A stretch of 64,000 nucleotides of DNA, from the NCBI GenBank assembly GCA_038841535.1, contig JAWBTQ010000002.1, forward strand, positions 96,001-160,000. Reading direction: 5' to 3'. The notes beneath the pieces were generated by a model. The model had not been told where the DNA came from. It saw only the letters and a program-made list of their open reading frames with translations, and did no database searches. Each line of letters begins with the position of its first letter. The first letter of the stretch is position 1. Both the position numbers and the translations under genes were made by a program. Source of the stretch: Sulfolobales archaeon. GTDB taxonomy: Archaea > Thermoproteota > Thermoprotei_A > Sulfolobales > NBVN01. Positions 20,034-29,978 of this stretch are shown piece by piece.

Positions 20034-21227
20034 CTAGGTCAAGTTTTTAACTAAGTAGTTATATGCTAGAAGAGCGTGGAGTGCCGTTCCCTTCCAAAGG
20101 GCTTCTTCATCAACGTCGAACCTGGGGTGGTGGTGAGGATATACTATGCCCTTACTTTCGCTTCGAGTTCCCAAGATTACGAACGCTCCCGGAACCTTCT
20201 GGAGGTAGAACGAGAAGTCCTCAGACCCCATACTCATAGGTGCTTCGGAAGTCGGCCCCAGCTTGCTGGCAACCTTCATGACGAAATCGGCTAGCTCGGA
20301 CGTGTTTATTACTGGCGGGTAAGGAATCCCAGTAACCTCGACTTTGCCCTCACACTCCCAAGCTGCCGCATAGTGCCTTACTATTGCCTCAATTCTAGAT
20401 AGCACCCTGTCTCTCACAGACATGTCGAAAGCTCTGAGTGTGCCGTAGATCTCGACGGAGTCAGGTATTACGTTACTAGCCTTACTTGCCTCGATTCTAG
20501 GCGTTGAGACGACGATAGGTGTGAGAGGGTCTACGTTTCTGGCCACTACCTTCTGGATAGCGTTGTATATGTCTGCAGCTGGCACCGTGGGGTCCTTGGT
20601 TAACTCAGGGTGGGCAGCATGACCTCCTAAACCCTTGATCTTTATTACGAATGACGTAGAAGATGCGTTCATAGATCCCTTTCTTGTAGCTATCACACCA
20701 GACGGAAGCTCTGACCACACGTGAATACCGAAAACGGCGTTTACGTCATCAAAAAAGCCCTCTTCTACGATTTTCTTCGCTCCAGCACCTCCTTCTTCAG
20801 CGGGTTGAAATACTAGCTTAACTGTTCCCCTTAACTTACTTTTAATAGAGGATAGAACTCTAGCTGCTCCTAGAAGCATGGCTACGTGAGCATCATGACC
20901 ACAAGCATGCATTTTCCCCGGAATCCTTGATTTATACGGAACATCGTTTTCCTCCTGTATTGGGAGAGCGTCCATATCGGCTCTTAGTGCGAGAGTCCTC
21001 CCTTCACTAACCCTTAGTATACCAATAACTCCCGTACCAGCGGTACGGGCGACTTGAAACCCTAAACGCACTAACTCTTCCTCAACTAGCTTCGATGTCC
21101 TGTACTCCTCATACCTTAGCTCGGGATACGAGTGGATATCGCGTCGAACTTTAATGATGTAGTCGCTCATAAGCTTAGAGGCATTAATAATCTCTTCCTC
21201 TACGGGATCTAAGCTCATTTTTATCAC
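20034..21227 (-). CDS. M20D carboxypeptidase/amidohydrolase
   Basis: RADMDALP, MHACGHDAH, FQPAEEG, SEDFS, HHPRF. Confidence 0.93.
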   Translation of the reverse strand: MIKMSLDPVEEEIINASKLMSDYIIKVRRDIHSYPELRYEEYRTSKLVEEELVRLGFQVARTAGTGVIGILRVSEGRTLALRADMDALPIQEENDVPYKSRIPGKMHACGHDAHVAMLLGAARVLSSIKSKLRGTVKLVFQPAEEGGAGAKKIVEEGFFDDVNAVFGIHVWSELPSGVIATRKGSMNASSTSFVIKIKGLGGHAAHPELTKDPTVPAADIYNAIQKVVARNVDPLTPIVVSTPRIEASKASNVIPDSVEIYGTLRAFDMSVRDRVLSRIEAIVRHYAAAWECEGKVEVTGIPYPPVINTSELADFVMKVASKLGPTSEAPMSMGSEDFSFYLQKVPGAFVILGTRSESKGIVYPHHHPRFDVDEEALWKGTALHALLAYNYLVKNLT

Positions 21228-21376
21228 AAGTACATTTCAACTAATCAGGTAAAAACCTTCGAACTGTTTTGATGATACTAGAAATAGCTAAGAAATCCTC
21301 TGTTCTGTTTGGATTTCCAAACCTGTGAGGAGTTAAGGTTTAATAACTTTGTTTTACTAATAGTAACGGTGATAAA

Positions 21377-21820
21377 ATGTCTTTAAACCTTATAAAGTAC
21401 GCTAAGGAAGTCGAGGAGAGAGCTTTAGACTCTTACCTTCACAATACGAGGGTTCTGAGGCTTAGTGGGATAGACTTAAAAGACCTCGAGGACGTGGTTA
21501 AGAAGGTGTCGATCGAGACATGGATCCACAAAGAGATTGTAACTGGGATGCTGAAGGCGTATCAGGAAGCTCTAGATAGAGTGGTTGAAGTCATGCGGGA
21601 TGTTGAAAGTATTACACCTACCGCTATCGAGAGAGCAGTTCTCGTGAAAATCCTGAAAGAACATCTACAGATAGAGACCGACATGATCGAAACATATAAG
21701 AAGCTTGCTAATGAACTCAAGTACCCAGTCCTTAAAGCTATTGCCGAGGCTTTAGCAAGAAACGAAGAAGAGCACCACAAAATGATTAGCGACCTAATCA
21801 GAAAGTACGAAGAAACGTAA
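21377..21820 (+). CDS. Ferritin-like four-helix-bundle protein
   Basis: ExxH motifs (ETWIH, NEEEHH), all-helical pattern. Confidence 0.7.
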   Translation: MSLNLIKYAKEVEERALDSYLHNTRVLRLSGIDLKDLEDVVKKVSIETWIHKEIVTGMLKAYQEALDRVVEVMRDVESITPTAIERAVLVKILKEHLQIETDMIETYKKLANELKYPVLKAIAEALARNEEEHHKMISDLIRKYEET

Positions 21821-21898
21821 AAACATGTGAGTAGCAATTAACTCGCCACATTACTCTTATATTTACCTACATCGATAGTTTTTACTTGGAGATAAGCC

Positions 21899-22093
21899 TT
21901 GAAGTGCCCCTTCTGTGGCTATGATGGTCAGCCCGAAGTAGCTAAAGAGTGGAAATTCAGGTTCTATACGGTTCAAAGGGTTAAGTGCCCTAGGTGTGGT
22001 GGGATATTTAATCACTACGCTGGAACAACACCAGCGGGGAGGTTCTCAGAGTTTATAATTAGAGTTAAACCAAGGCCAAAGAGTGGAAGATAG
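21899..22093 (+). CDS. Small zinc-ribbon protein
   Basis: CPFCG and CPRCG pairs, basic C-terminus, GGAGA upstream. Confidence 0.7.
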   Translation: MKCPFCGYDGQPEVAKEWKFRFYTVQRVKCPRCGGIFNHYAGTTPAGRFSEFIIRVKPRPKSGR

Positions 22094-22218
22094 GTCTATT
22101 GCTCCAGCCTCATCACTTTATCAACCCTAATTTTGTTTTAGCAGCAAGCCCTTACTCTTTTAGTGTAGTGAAGAGGTCAAATTTATATAGTTATGTTGGC
22201 TATTAAGGCGGTGGAACG

Positions 22219-23202
22219 TTGAGAATAGGTGTTTACGGTTTTGGAGCCATTGGGAGGTTAGCTTCTAGGCTGATCCTAGAGCGCGGGCATGAGCTCGTAG
22301 GGGCTGTAGATATCGATGAGAAAATTGTTGGTAAAGACGTCGGTGAGCTTCTGGGCGTAGGTAGTTTAGGAGTCGAGGTGACTAAAGACGTTAGTGAGCT
22401 TGCCGATGCCGACGTAGTGATACATGCTACTGGGTCCTACCTTGATAGAGTCTTCGACCAGATAGCCTCCTTAGTAAAGATAGGTGTTCACGTAGTCTCT
22501 ACGTGTGAAACTCTCTCCTATCCCTACTATAGATACCCAGTTCTTGCCTTAAGGTTAGATGAACTGGCTAGAGCTTTCGGGTCTGTAGTAATTGGGACGG
22601 GCATAAACCCAGGTTACTTACTTGACACTTTAGTAGCGGTCCTAGCGGCTTCGGTTCCGTCAGTCAAGAGAGTGAAGGCTGTGAGAAGTCTAGACGCAGC
22701 TAAGAGAAGAGAGCCGTTTAGAAAGAAGATAGGTATCGGTGACGACCCAAGAGTTGTTGAAGAAAGGATAGCTAGAGGTGAGATCACAGGGCATGTAGGG
22801 TACGCTGAGTCGGTATACCTCATAGCACTAGCTGGGGACCTTAACCTCACGAAGGTGGTCGAGTGGCAGGGTAGTGTACCGGCTGAAGCAGATATCGAGT
22901 CATCAGGGATTAAAGTAGAGAAAGGCAAGAACAAGGGGATCGTAGGGTATGGTGCCGGTTTTGTGGGCGAGCGGGAAGTAGTTAAAGTCGTTTTTGAGGC
23001 TTACGTTGGCGCCCCAGAGCACGAAGAAATTGAGGTTGAGGGTCATGAGTACTCAGTTAAGTGGAGGAGTACTGGAACACCTGGGGACTTAGGTACAGTA
23101 ACTGTAGCTTTAAACGTAGCTGAGAGAGTCCCGTATATGTTGCCCGGGCTTAGGCTAATGACTGACATGCTACCATTTAAGATCAGGTTTGTTAAGGGGT
23201 AA
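22219..23202 (+). CDS. DapB-N/2,4-diaminopentanoate dehydrogenase (Ord)-like oxidoreductase
   Basis: GFGAIG, VVSTCE.L.YP, GTGINPG...D, ITGHVG..ES, GDLGT. Confidence 0.8.
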   Translation: MRIGVYGFGAIGRLASRLILERGHELVGAVDIDEKIVGKDVGELLGVGSLGVEVTKDVSELADADVVIHATGSYLDRVFDQIASLVKIGVHVVSTCETLSYPYYRYPVLALRLDELARAFGSVVIGTGINPGYLLDTLVAVLAASVPSVKRVKAVRSLDAAKRREPFRKKIGIGDDPRVVEERIARGEITGHVGYAESVYLIALAGDLNLTKVVEWQGSVPAEADIESSGIKVEKGKNKGIVGYGAGFVGEREVVKVVFEAYVGAPEHEEIEVEGHEYSVKWRSTGTPGDLGTVTVALNVAERVPYMLPGLRLMTDMLPFKIRFVKG

Positions 23203-23208
23203 TCTCAG

Positions 23209-24573
23209 GTGGACTACTCAACCTTAGAGAGCAGGCTGAGTAGCCTAATAAGTGAGCTCGAGAGCGAGTACCTCAAGAGAACACCGAAGAGTAAAGAGCT
23301 CTTTGAAAAGTCAAAGAAGCTTACTCCCGGTGGGGTAACCTACTCGATTAGATACTTCAGACCACACCCTGTTTACGTTTCGAGAGCTGAGGGAACTAGG
23401 GTTTGGGACGTCGACGGTAATGAGTACGTAGACTACTGGATGGGTCACGGAACCCACATCCTGGGTCACGCACCAAAGTTCGTTCTCGATGCTGTAGTAG
23501 AAGCTATGAGGTCGGGAACTCACTTAGGCTACGAGAACCCCTACGCTGTGGAGTACTCTGAGCTACTAACGAAGGTCGTGCCTGGCCTAGATATGGTTAG
23601 GTTCGCTAACAGTGGAACTGAAGCCAATATGTACACGCTCAGGCTTGCTAGAGCGTTTACAAAGAGAAAGTACGTAGTTAAAGTCGAGGGTGGTTGGCAC
23701 GGTGGATACGATGCATTACATACAGCTGTTTCTCCCCCGTTCACTGGTCCTGAATCAGCTGGACTCCCCGATGAGTACTTAAGGTATACTCTATCTGCTC
23801 CATATAATGACTCAGAAGCAGTTGAGGAGCTATTGAGGAAGCACTCTGTTGGGGCTGTTATAGTTGAGCCTGTACTCGGGGCTGGTGGTTGCATAGCTCC
23901 TGTAGGTAATTACCTCAAGGAGCTTAGGGAGCTTACATACAGGTACGGTTCTCTACTAGTATTTGATGAAGTGATTACGGGGTTTAGGCTCGCACTAGGA
24001 GGAGGTCAGGAGTACTTTGGTGTTAAAGCAGACCTAGTGGTCATGGGAAAAGTTGTTGGTGGAGGCTTTTCGGGCGCAGGTGCCTTTGGTGGGAGAGCAG
24101 AAATCATGGAGTTACTGGATCACTTGAAGATTCATGATCCAAGGTCTAGAGCCTTCCACGGAGGGACGTTTGTCGGTAACCCAGTCAATATGGTAGCTGG
24201 GTATACCTTGGTTAAGTACCTAGCTGAGAACAAGTCGCTTTATGAGGTTGCAAACAGAATGTGGGAAGAGTTTAGGAAGTACGTGGATAAAGTCTGTGAA
24301 GAATACGGAAGAATATGCTGGTCGACTGGTGCTGGAACCATGACCGGTATACACTTCACTAAGTTGAGGCCGCGAAACACTAGGGAGGTTTACGAGCTAA
24401 GGTGGAGTAAGCAGATTGAGTACGCTTACCACCTCTACTCGAGATTAAGTGGTGTACTCTACATAAGCGAGAAACTAATACATCTTCTGCCGTCACTAGC
24501 TCACTCGAGAAAAGAAGTTGAGCTATTTACAGATGTCTTTAGAAGCTTTTTAGCTAGAGTTCTCAAGGCCTGA
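23209..24573 (+). CDS. Class III aminotransferase (glutamate-1-semialdehyde aminomutase-like)
   Basis: PGGV, WDVDGNEYVD, NSGTEA, FDEVITGFR, MGKVVGGG, HGGTFVGNP. Confidence 0.88.
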   Translation: MDYSTLESRLSSLISELESEYLKRTPKSKELFEKSKKLTPGGVTYSIRYFRPHPVYVSRAEGTRVWDVDGNEYVDYWMGHGTHILGHAPKFVLDAVVEAMRSGTHLGYENPYAVEYSELLTKVVPGLDMVRFANSGTEANMYTLRLARAFTKRKYVVKVEGGWHGGYDALHTAVSPPFTGPESAGLPDEYLRYTLSAPYNDSEAVEELLRKHSVGAVIVEPVLGAGGCIAPVGNYLKELRELTYRYGSLLVFDEVITGFRLALGGGQEYFGVKADLVVMGKVVGGGFSGAGAFGGRAEIMELLDHLKIHDPRSRAFHGGTFVGNPVNMVAGYTLVKYLAENKSLYEVANRMWEEFRKYVDKVCEEYGRICWSTGAGTMTGIHFTKLRPRNTREVYELRWSKQIEYAYHLYSRLSGVLYISEKLIHLLPSLAHSRKEVELFTDVFRSFLARVLKA

Positions 24574-24585
24574 TTCAGTTCTGCT

Positions 24586-25593
24586 TTAAGGAGCTTTCTC
24601 CTCAAACTCTACGTATCCTTGGTGAGTGCTAATGCTAACCGTTATCCTGAGCTCAACTCTACCTCTCCATACCTCACTTACGGCTTTAAACACCTCTTTA
24701 GTGATGTCTTTCGAGACGGTTCTATAGGACGTGGGTACGAGCTGCACTACCCTATTAAGGGGGATAACTACGCCTATGCTTAGCTTCAGACGGTCCTTCT
24801 TAAGCTTGTAGTCTAGGTTCTCCACGACGAAACCGAACCTCTCTGACGTTTTCAGTATAGCAGCTAGAACCCTCCATAATGCGGGGTCATCGGATTCTAA
24901 GTAGGTTCGGTAAGTTTCCATTACCCTTCCACTAACGTGTTCTTTAACTCTAGACTCCAACTCTACCCTCCTAAAGTACAGGTTTCTCTCGACTAGATCT
25001 TTTATTACTGATAGCGCTACATGTAGAGGGTAGCGCAGATTCCCAACCCACTCGACCACTAACTTGATGTCTTCTTCTCTCTGTTCTATATGTAAAGAAG
25101 ATAGTGTGAGACCTTGAGCTCTAAGCTCACTTAGAAGTCGTACTTGAACATCAAAAACTTCCTCTATCGAAACTCGTGGGGGTAATGGCTTGGGTGGAGC
25201 GGCTTTATGCTCCTTGATTCTTCTCACGACGTCAGAGTATTTTGCCTCAAAATCCTGTTCTGATAGCTCGTACACTATCACTTCACCTCCGGAAGTCCCG
25301 GCAGCTTCAACTATCTTGTCCAAGGCCTCACCTCCTGTAAGGTCTTCACCGATCGACTTAAAGTAGGCAGCTATGAATAGACCGCGAAGTATTACTATAC
25401 TCCCCTCAGCCTCTCTAACACGTACTCTAGCAAAACATAGCTTCTCAGCACAGACACTCATCAAGACCTTTGCTAAATCTTCTCCCGCGCTTATACTCTT
25501 GACTAGCACTATCGAACCTTTTAGTAATGCTTCTAGCCGTAAAGACATCTCATCGATAGTATCGCTAGCAAATCTCAATACGTCTTTCTCCAA
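24586..25593 (-). CDS. Hypothetical protein (possible DUF2226-like N-terminus)
   Basis: 335-aa ORF with a Pro-rich linker (APPKPLPP) between two domains. Confidence 0.6.
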   Translation of the reverse strand: MEKDVLRFASDTIDEMSLRLEALLKGSIVLVKSISAGEDLAKVLMSVCAEKLCFARVRVREAEGSIVILRGLFIAAYFKSIGEDLTGGEALDKIVEAAGTSGGEVIVYELSEQDFEAKYSDVVRRIKEHKAAPPKPLPPRVSIEEVFDVQVRLLSELRAQGLTLSSLHIEQREEDIKLVVEWVGNLRYPLHVALSVIKDLVERNLYFRRVELESRVKEHVSGRVMETYRTYLESDDPALWRVLAAILKTSERFGFVVENLDYKLKKDRLKLSIGVVIPLNRVVQLVPTSYRTVSKDITKEVFKAVSEVWRGRVELRITVSISTHQGYVEFEEKAP

Positions 25594-25689
25594 CTTTACA
25601 CCACAAACAGTCGAGTTTAGTAACTAATTAATTGATATATGACCCGTATAATTTCTTAATTTACTACGCAATAACCTATTGGTGAGCAA

Positions 25690-25986
25690 ATGGTGACTCA
25701 CGAGTTTCTCAAGGTTAAGAGGCTTGAACACGGTGTTTTAGGACTAGAGGTAGCTCTACCTAACTCTCCACCACTAATACTCCTCGCGGGTAGGAAGGCC
25801 TTCATAATGTGCGGATACCTTAATATAGAGCTAGCAGAAAAGCTAGGTGTCCCGTGCGTTCGCGTAACGGGAGTAAAAAGCGTTGAGGACTTGCTAGAGA
25901 AAGAAGTTCAAGAAGTAACAACTAAAGCCAGGGACATGAGTATCTCCCCTGGACTTAGAGTAAGGGACATACTAGATAAGCTCTAG
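25690..25986 (+). CDS. YunC/DUF1805 family protein
   Basis: PLIL...K.FIMCGYLN..AEKLG....VTGV....DLL. Confidence 0.88.
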   Translation: MVTHEFLKVKRLEHGVLGLEVALPNSPPLILLAGRKAFIMCGYLNIELAEKLGVPCVRVTGVKSVEDLLEKEVQEVTTKARDMSISPGLRVRDILDKL

Positions 25987-26051
25987 CCGTAATGAGAGCG
26001 TCTCCTAGTTCTCCCCTCATATTATAAACATTTTTGATTAGAAAGCGGAAA

Positions 26052-26153
26052 CGGGATCTTTAGCTCTCTGCTGTGTTAACGATCCGAAGCCTATGACCTT
26101 CAGCCTCTCGAGGTTCGGCTGAAGCAGTGCAGAGCTAAAAGTCCCGCCCTTTT
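26052..26153 (+). ncRNA. Candidate structured ncRNA or palindromic mobile relic (~100 nt)
   Basis: 16-bp closing stem (26052-26067/26131-26146), 8-bp inner stem (26098-26105/26117-26124), TTATAAA at 26022 and a T-run after. Confidence 0.4.
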
Positions 26154-26212
26154 CTCCAACTTTCATTGGTATCTAGAAACTGCCTATAGTGTCATTGGTG
26201 GCTTTGGGTTAA

Positions 26213-26806
26213 CTATTTCGGTACTTCGTGGTGTTTTCTGCACCTGGCTTCGTAGCTCTCTCGACCGCCGATCAGTACCCTGGGGCTATCGTAGGGAGCT
26301 GGTCTTCCATCTAGTAACCTCTGGGTTCTAGTTGCGGGTCTTCCACACTTTTTTCCGTCTTTACCCGTGTGTGTACAGACAGCTCTCAGGACTCTAATGT
26401 CGTCTGCGTGCGGTAGGATCTCTTTGACTACCTCCCACGGCTCTCCTCTGAAGTCAAGGTTCAGAGCTGCTACTATGACTAGCCTATCGCTACTTAAGTC
26501 CAGCAGGAACTTTACGAGCTCTTTTGAGTATTCGAAGAACTGGAACTCGTCTATCCCGATGACGTCGTGCTCTAGTAAGATGTCTCGTACTCTGTAGAAG
26601 CCAGCGATGTCGGACTCTACGACTAGTGCATCCATCTCGAGACCGTCGTGGCTGACGACCTTGCTACTCGAATACCTAGTGTCTGTGGAGGGCTTGACTA
26701 GTACTACTCTATACCCGGCGATAGCATATTTTCTCAGAACTCTGAGTAGCTCAGTAGTCTTACCGGAGAACATAGGACCCACGATTATGCGCAACCCACC
26801 TACCAT
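26213..26806 (-). CDS. tdk: Thymidine kinase
   Basis: GPMFSGKTTEL, DTRY, IDEFQF, LDFRGEP, C-terminal Zn/lasso region IGGRESYEARCRKH. Confidence 0.95.
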   Translation of the reverse strand: MVGGLRIIVGPMFSGKTTELLRVLRKYAIAGYRVVLVKPSTDTRYSSSKVVSHDGLEMDALVVESDIAGFYRVRDILLEHDVIGIDEFQFFEYSKELVKFLLDLSSDRLVIVAALNLDFRGEPWEVVKEILPHADDIRVLRAVCTHTGKDGKKCGRPATRTQRLLDGRPAPYDSPRVLIGGRESYEARCRKHHEVPK

Positions 26807-26968
26807 ATGCTCCCTATTTCTAGCTAACTGAGGATACTTCTTAAAACAGCTCTAGTTCTAGGCTTGGGTAGATCGTATAGTAGGTTTCCCATGTCGCAGC
26901 TCACGGAGAATCTCTAGTGATGTATAGGTACCCTATCTCCTCGAACTTAAAATAGTTTCTGATCTCTA

Positions 26969-26992
26969 GGTTACGTAATCTTCCCTTTATTA
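26969..26992 (+). promoter_or_regulatory. GTTACGTAA palindromic site plus TATA box upstream of the GH42 operon
   Basis: GGTTACGTAATC at 26969-26980, TTTATTA at 26986; the same site precedes two other locus promoters. Confidence 0.7.
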
Positions 26993-27023
26993 GCAGCCTG
27001 GTTTTCGCGATTACGGACGTGGC

Positions 27024-29183
27024 ATGGCGCACACGCATTCTCGGACTAGGGTTTACCCCCTAGGTTTATGGTATGGAGTCGGCAAAGTTACACCAGTCTT
27101 CGATGCGTCTAAAATCCGCGATGACCTGAGGAAGGTCAAGGATCTGGGTGTAGGCTTTGTTAGACTTTGGGTAAACTGGAGAGATATCGAGCCGAGACCG
27201 AGTGCGTACGCATTTGGAGAGTTGAAGGAGGCTATGGACGAGGCCGAGGAGATCGGGCTTTCCGTAGTAATCCAAGTCTACTTAGAGTTTGGACCAGATT
27301 GGCTTCCGAAACTCTACCCCGATGCCGTTTTTATTTCTGAGTCCGACCTAAAGCTGTATCACCAAGGTAGCCCAGGAGTTTGCCTAGACCACCCCTCTGT
27401 GAGAAGGCATGCTGAGAGGTTTCTTGTGGAGCTAGCTGGGTTCGCAAAGAAGTACAGCAGCCTATATGCTTGGGACGTATGGAGCGAACCACAGATAGTC
27501 CAATGGGTGTTCAGGCTTGGGTTTCCTAAGTCAGTCTACTGCTACTGTGAGCACAGCGTGAAGAGGTTTAGGGAATGGCTTAAGGAGGTCTACGTAAGTA
27601 TCGACGCGCTAAACGCGGCATGGCATAGGTCCTTCAATTCGTTTGAGGAGGTTCAGCCACCTAGGTTTGTAGTCCTTCACTATGCTAAGGAGAACATTGA
27701 CTGGGTAGAGTTTAACGTCTGGAAGCTCAAGGAGGATCTGCGTTGGAGGGTCGAGACTATCAAGAAAGTCGACCGGGAGCATCTCGTAGCAAGTCACGCA
27801 GCTACGTCGTCAGTTCTATTGAACCCCCTATTTGGGCACCCAGACGACTGGGAAATGTCTAAAGTCGTAGACGTTTGGGGTACGTCTCTATACCCTAAGC
27901 ACGCTCACAGAGTCCCTGATCCAGCTGTAGATAGCTTCATTCTAACCTCAGTAAGGTCTTCTGCTGACGCATGGGGAAAGAGCTTTTGGATAGGGGAACT
28001 CCAGGGAGGCCAAGGAGTTGGGGGCCTAAAGATAGCGGACGTAGTACACCCAGAAGACATTAACGTATGGTTCTGGCAGTCCGTAGCCCACGGCTCTAAG
28101 GGAGCCTTCGTATACCACTCCTATCCAATGATGTGGGGTTACGAGTCTTCGGGATACGGTCTACTAGACCCCGCTGGCAATTTAACGAATAGAGCAAGGG
28201 CTTTAGCGTCTATATCAAACATAGTGAGAGAGTACGGAGACATGCTTGCAGAAGCTAGACCTTTGAAAGCTAAGTGCGCACTATTATATAATAAGCACTC
28301 GTACAGACTGCTGTGGGTTCTTCAGGAGGAGTCGGCAGCAGCATTCTCTAGGTCTCTCCTGGGTGTGTACAGAGTTCTATACAAGCATAACGTTCCTGTA
28401 GATGTGGTCTCCATAGAGCAGTTCATGAACGACCCGAGTAGCTATGTGCTACTGATGGCTCCCTTCTCGATAGCTGTTTCCAAAGAATTCTCTGGTGCTC
28501 TAGAGAGGTTTGTATCGAGCGGAGGTGTGCTTTTGGCGGATGCTAGATTTGGGTGGTTCAAGGAGGACGGCTGGATAGACGGAGAGATACCGTGCTACAA
28601 CCTCTCAAGAGTTCTCGGTGCAAGAGAGAAGTCCTGCAGAAGCTTAACTGAGTCGAAGGCTGTTATGAGGGTCGTGAACGAGGTAGTCCCAGGGCTCAAG
28701 TGTGGCGACATCGTGGGGATGTGGCACTATGCTGAAACCATGGAGTTATTAAGTGAGAACACTATCCCTGTAGCTGAAGTAGGTAGTGCAGAAACAGCTC
28801 TAACGATTAACAATTACGATAGGGGTTTCGCACTGTGGGTTGGCACATCCATAGGGTTAGCCTATGAGAACATGCGTGACCTAGGCATAGAGAAGCTTAT
28901 TAAGGGAGTTGTGGAGCTTGCTGGAATACGTCCACCCGCAATAGTGGATCCAGTAGGTGCTCTCGAAGTTAGAGTTCTTACTGTGGGAGGAGGAGGCGAG
29001 AGACTAGTGGTAATGATAAACCAAGGCTTAGAGGAGGTGAGAGCGAAAATAGCTTTCCCGGAGGACAAGTGGTTAGAGAAAATAAGAGACATAATAACGG
29101 GCAAGTCCTACGTGGTTAGAGGAGGTGAGCTCGAGCTGTCTGTGCCCCCTAGAGGTGTAATCGTTGGGTACTCAAGGCAGTAG
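27024..29183 (+). CDS. GH42-family glycoside hydrolase (beta-galactosidase-like)
   Basis: W..IEP, WDVWSEP acid/base Glu, YCYC, LNAAW, FWIGELQGG nucleophile, trimerisation and C-terminal domains. Confidence 0.88.
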   Translation: MAHTHSRTRVYPLGLWYGVGKVTPVFDASKIRDDLRKVKDLGVGFVRLWVNWRDIEPRPSAYAFGELKEAMDEAEEIGLSVVIQVYLEFGPDWLPKLYPDAVFISESDLKLYHQGSPGVCLDHPSVRRHAERFLVELAGFAKKYSSLYAWDVWSEPQIVQWVFRLGFPKSVYCYCEHSVKRFREWLKEVYVSIDALNAAWHRSFNSFEEVQPPRFVVLHYAKENIDWVEFNVWKLKEDLRWRVETIKKVDREHLVASHAATSSVLLNPLFGHPDDWEMSKVVDVWGTSLYPKHAHRVPDPAVDSFILTSVRSSADAWGKSFWIGELQGGQGVGGLKIADVVHPEDINVWFWQSVAHGSKGAFVYHSYPMMWGYESSGYGLLDPAGNLTNRARALASISNIVREYGDMLAEARPLKAKCALLYNKHSYRLLWVLQEESAAAFSRSLLGVYRVLYKHNVPVDVVSIEQFMNDPSSYVLLMAPFSIAVSKEFSGALERFVSSGGVLLADARFGWFKEDGWIDGEIPCYNLSRVLGAREKSCRSLTESKAVMRVVNEVVPGLKCGDIVGMWHYAETMELLSENTIPVAEVGSAETALTINNYDRGFALWVGTSIGLAYENMRDLGIEKLIKGVVELAGIRPPAIVDPVGALEVRVLTVGGGGERLVVMINQGLEEVRAKIAFPEDKWLEKIRDIITGKSYVVRGGELELSVPPRGVIVGYSRQ

Positions 29184-29970
29184 TGGAGCGAAAATCCGCG
29201 ACTTGCCCCAGGAGTGGTACGAAAGAGTGCTCGGACTGCTCGACTACATCGCTAAAACCCAGCGCAAAAATATTGAGAAAGCAGCCGAAATCGTCGCAGA
29301 CTCTATATTCAAGGGACATGTGTGTTTTCTGTTTGGGTCAGGTCATGCTGCTATACCAGTGATGGAGATTTTTCCTAGATATGGGTCGATGGTTGGGTTC
29401 GTGCCCATAGTAGACCTCCCTCTAATATCCTTCCTTAGGCTAGTGGGGGATATGGGCTATCCGCAGTTTGATTGCATAGAGAACTCGCCTGAGTATGGGC
29501 GCAGAATAGTTGAGAACTACGAGATTCACAGAGACGACTGCGCCATTGTCTTCTCTCATTCTGGTACTACGCCCGTCACCTTAGAGGTAGCACTACAGAT
29601 TAAGAGCAGGGGTTCTAAAGTGATTGGGATAACCTCGGTAGCTCATTCGTTGAGGGCTAGACCACGACATCCGTCTGGATTAAAGCTATTCGAGGTTGCT
29701 GATGTGGTTATAGATACAGGAGTACCACCGGGAGATGTTTCCATAGAGGTATTTAGCGGGGGAAAGCCTATCAAAGTAGGACCTCTCTCCACAATAGCGT
29801 TCGTGTTCGTAGCTAATTTTGTGCTCTTAAGCACCTATGAGCAATTGCTCAAAGCCGGTTACGACCCTATAACGCTGCCAGTTAGAGGTTTCGACTCAGA
29901 TGCCGACATCCTCATGAGGAAAGCCCTCAGTAAGTACAGAGAGCTATACTCTAAACACATCTCTAAGTAG
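29164..29970 (+). CDS. SIS-domain sugar-phosphate isomerase-like protein (UPF0309 type)
   Basis: FGSGHA, FSHSG, VIGITS..HS, KLFEVADVVIDTGVPPGD, GPLST. Confidence 0.85.
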   Translation: MGTQGSSGAKIRDLPQEWYERVLGLLDYIAKTQRKNIEKAAEIVADSIFKGHVCFLFGSGHAAIPVMEIFPRYGSMVGFVPIVDLPLISFLRLVGDMGYPQFDCIENSPEYGRRIVENYEIHRDDCAIVFSHSGTTPVTLEVALQIKSRGSKVIGITSVAHSLRARPRHPSGLKLFEVADVVIDTGVPPGDVSIEVFSGGKPIKVGPLSTIAFVFVANFVLLSTYEQLLKAGYDPITLPVRGFDSDADILMRKALSKYRELYSKHISK

Positions 29971-29978
29971 GGGATGGA

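Noticed and set aside
22045-22118. Minus-strand GTGATGA...CTGA as a possible C/D box sRNA
   Set aside because: Spacing too long, no internal D'/C' boxes, and antisense to a likely CDS
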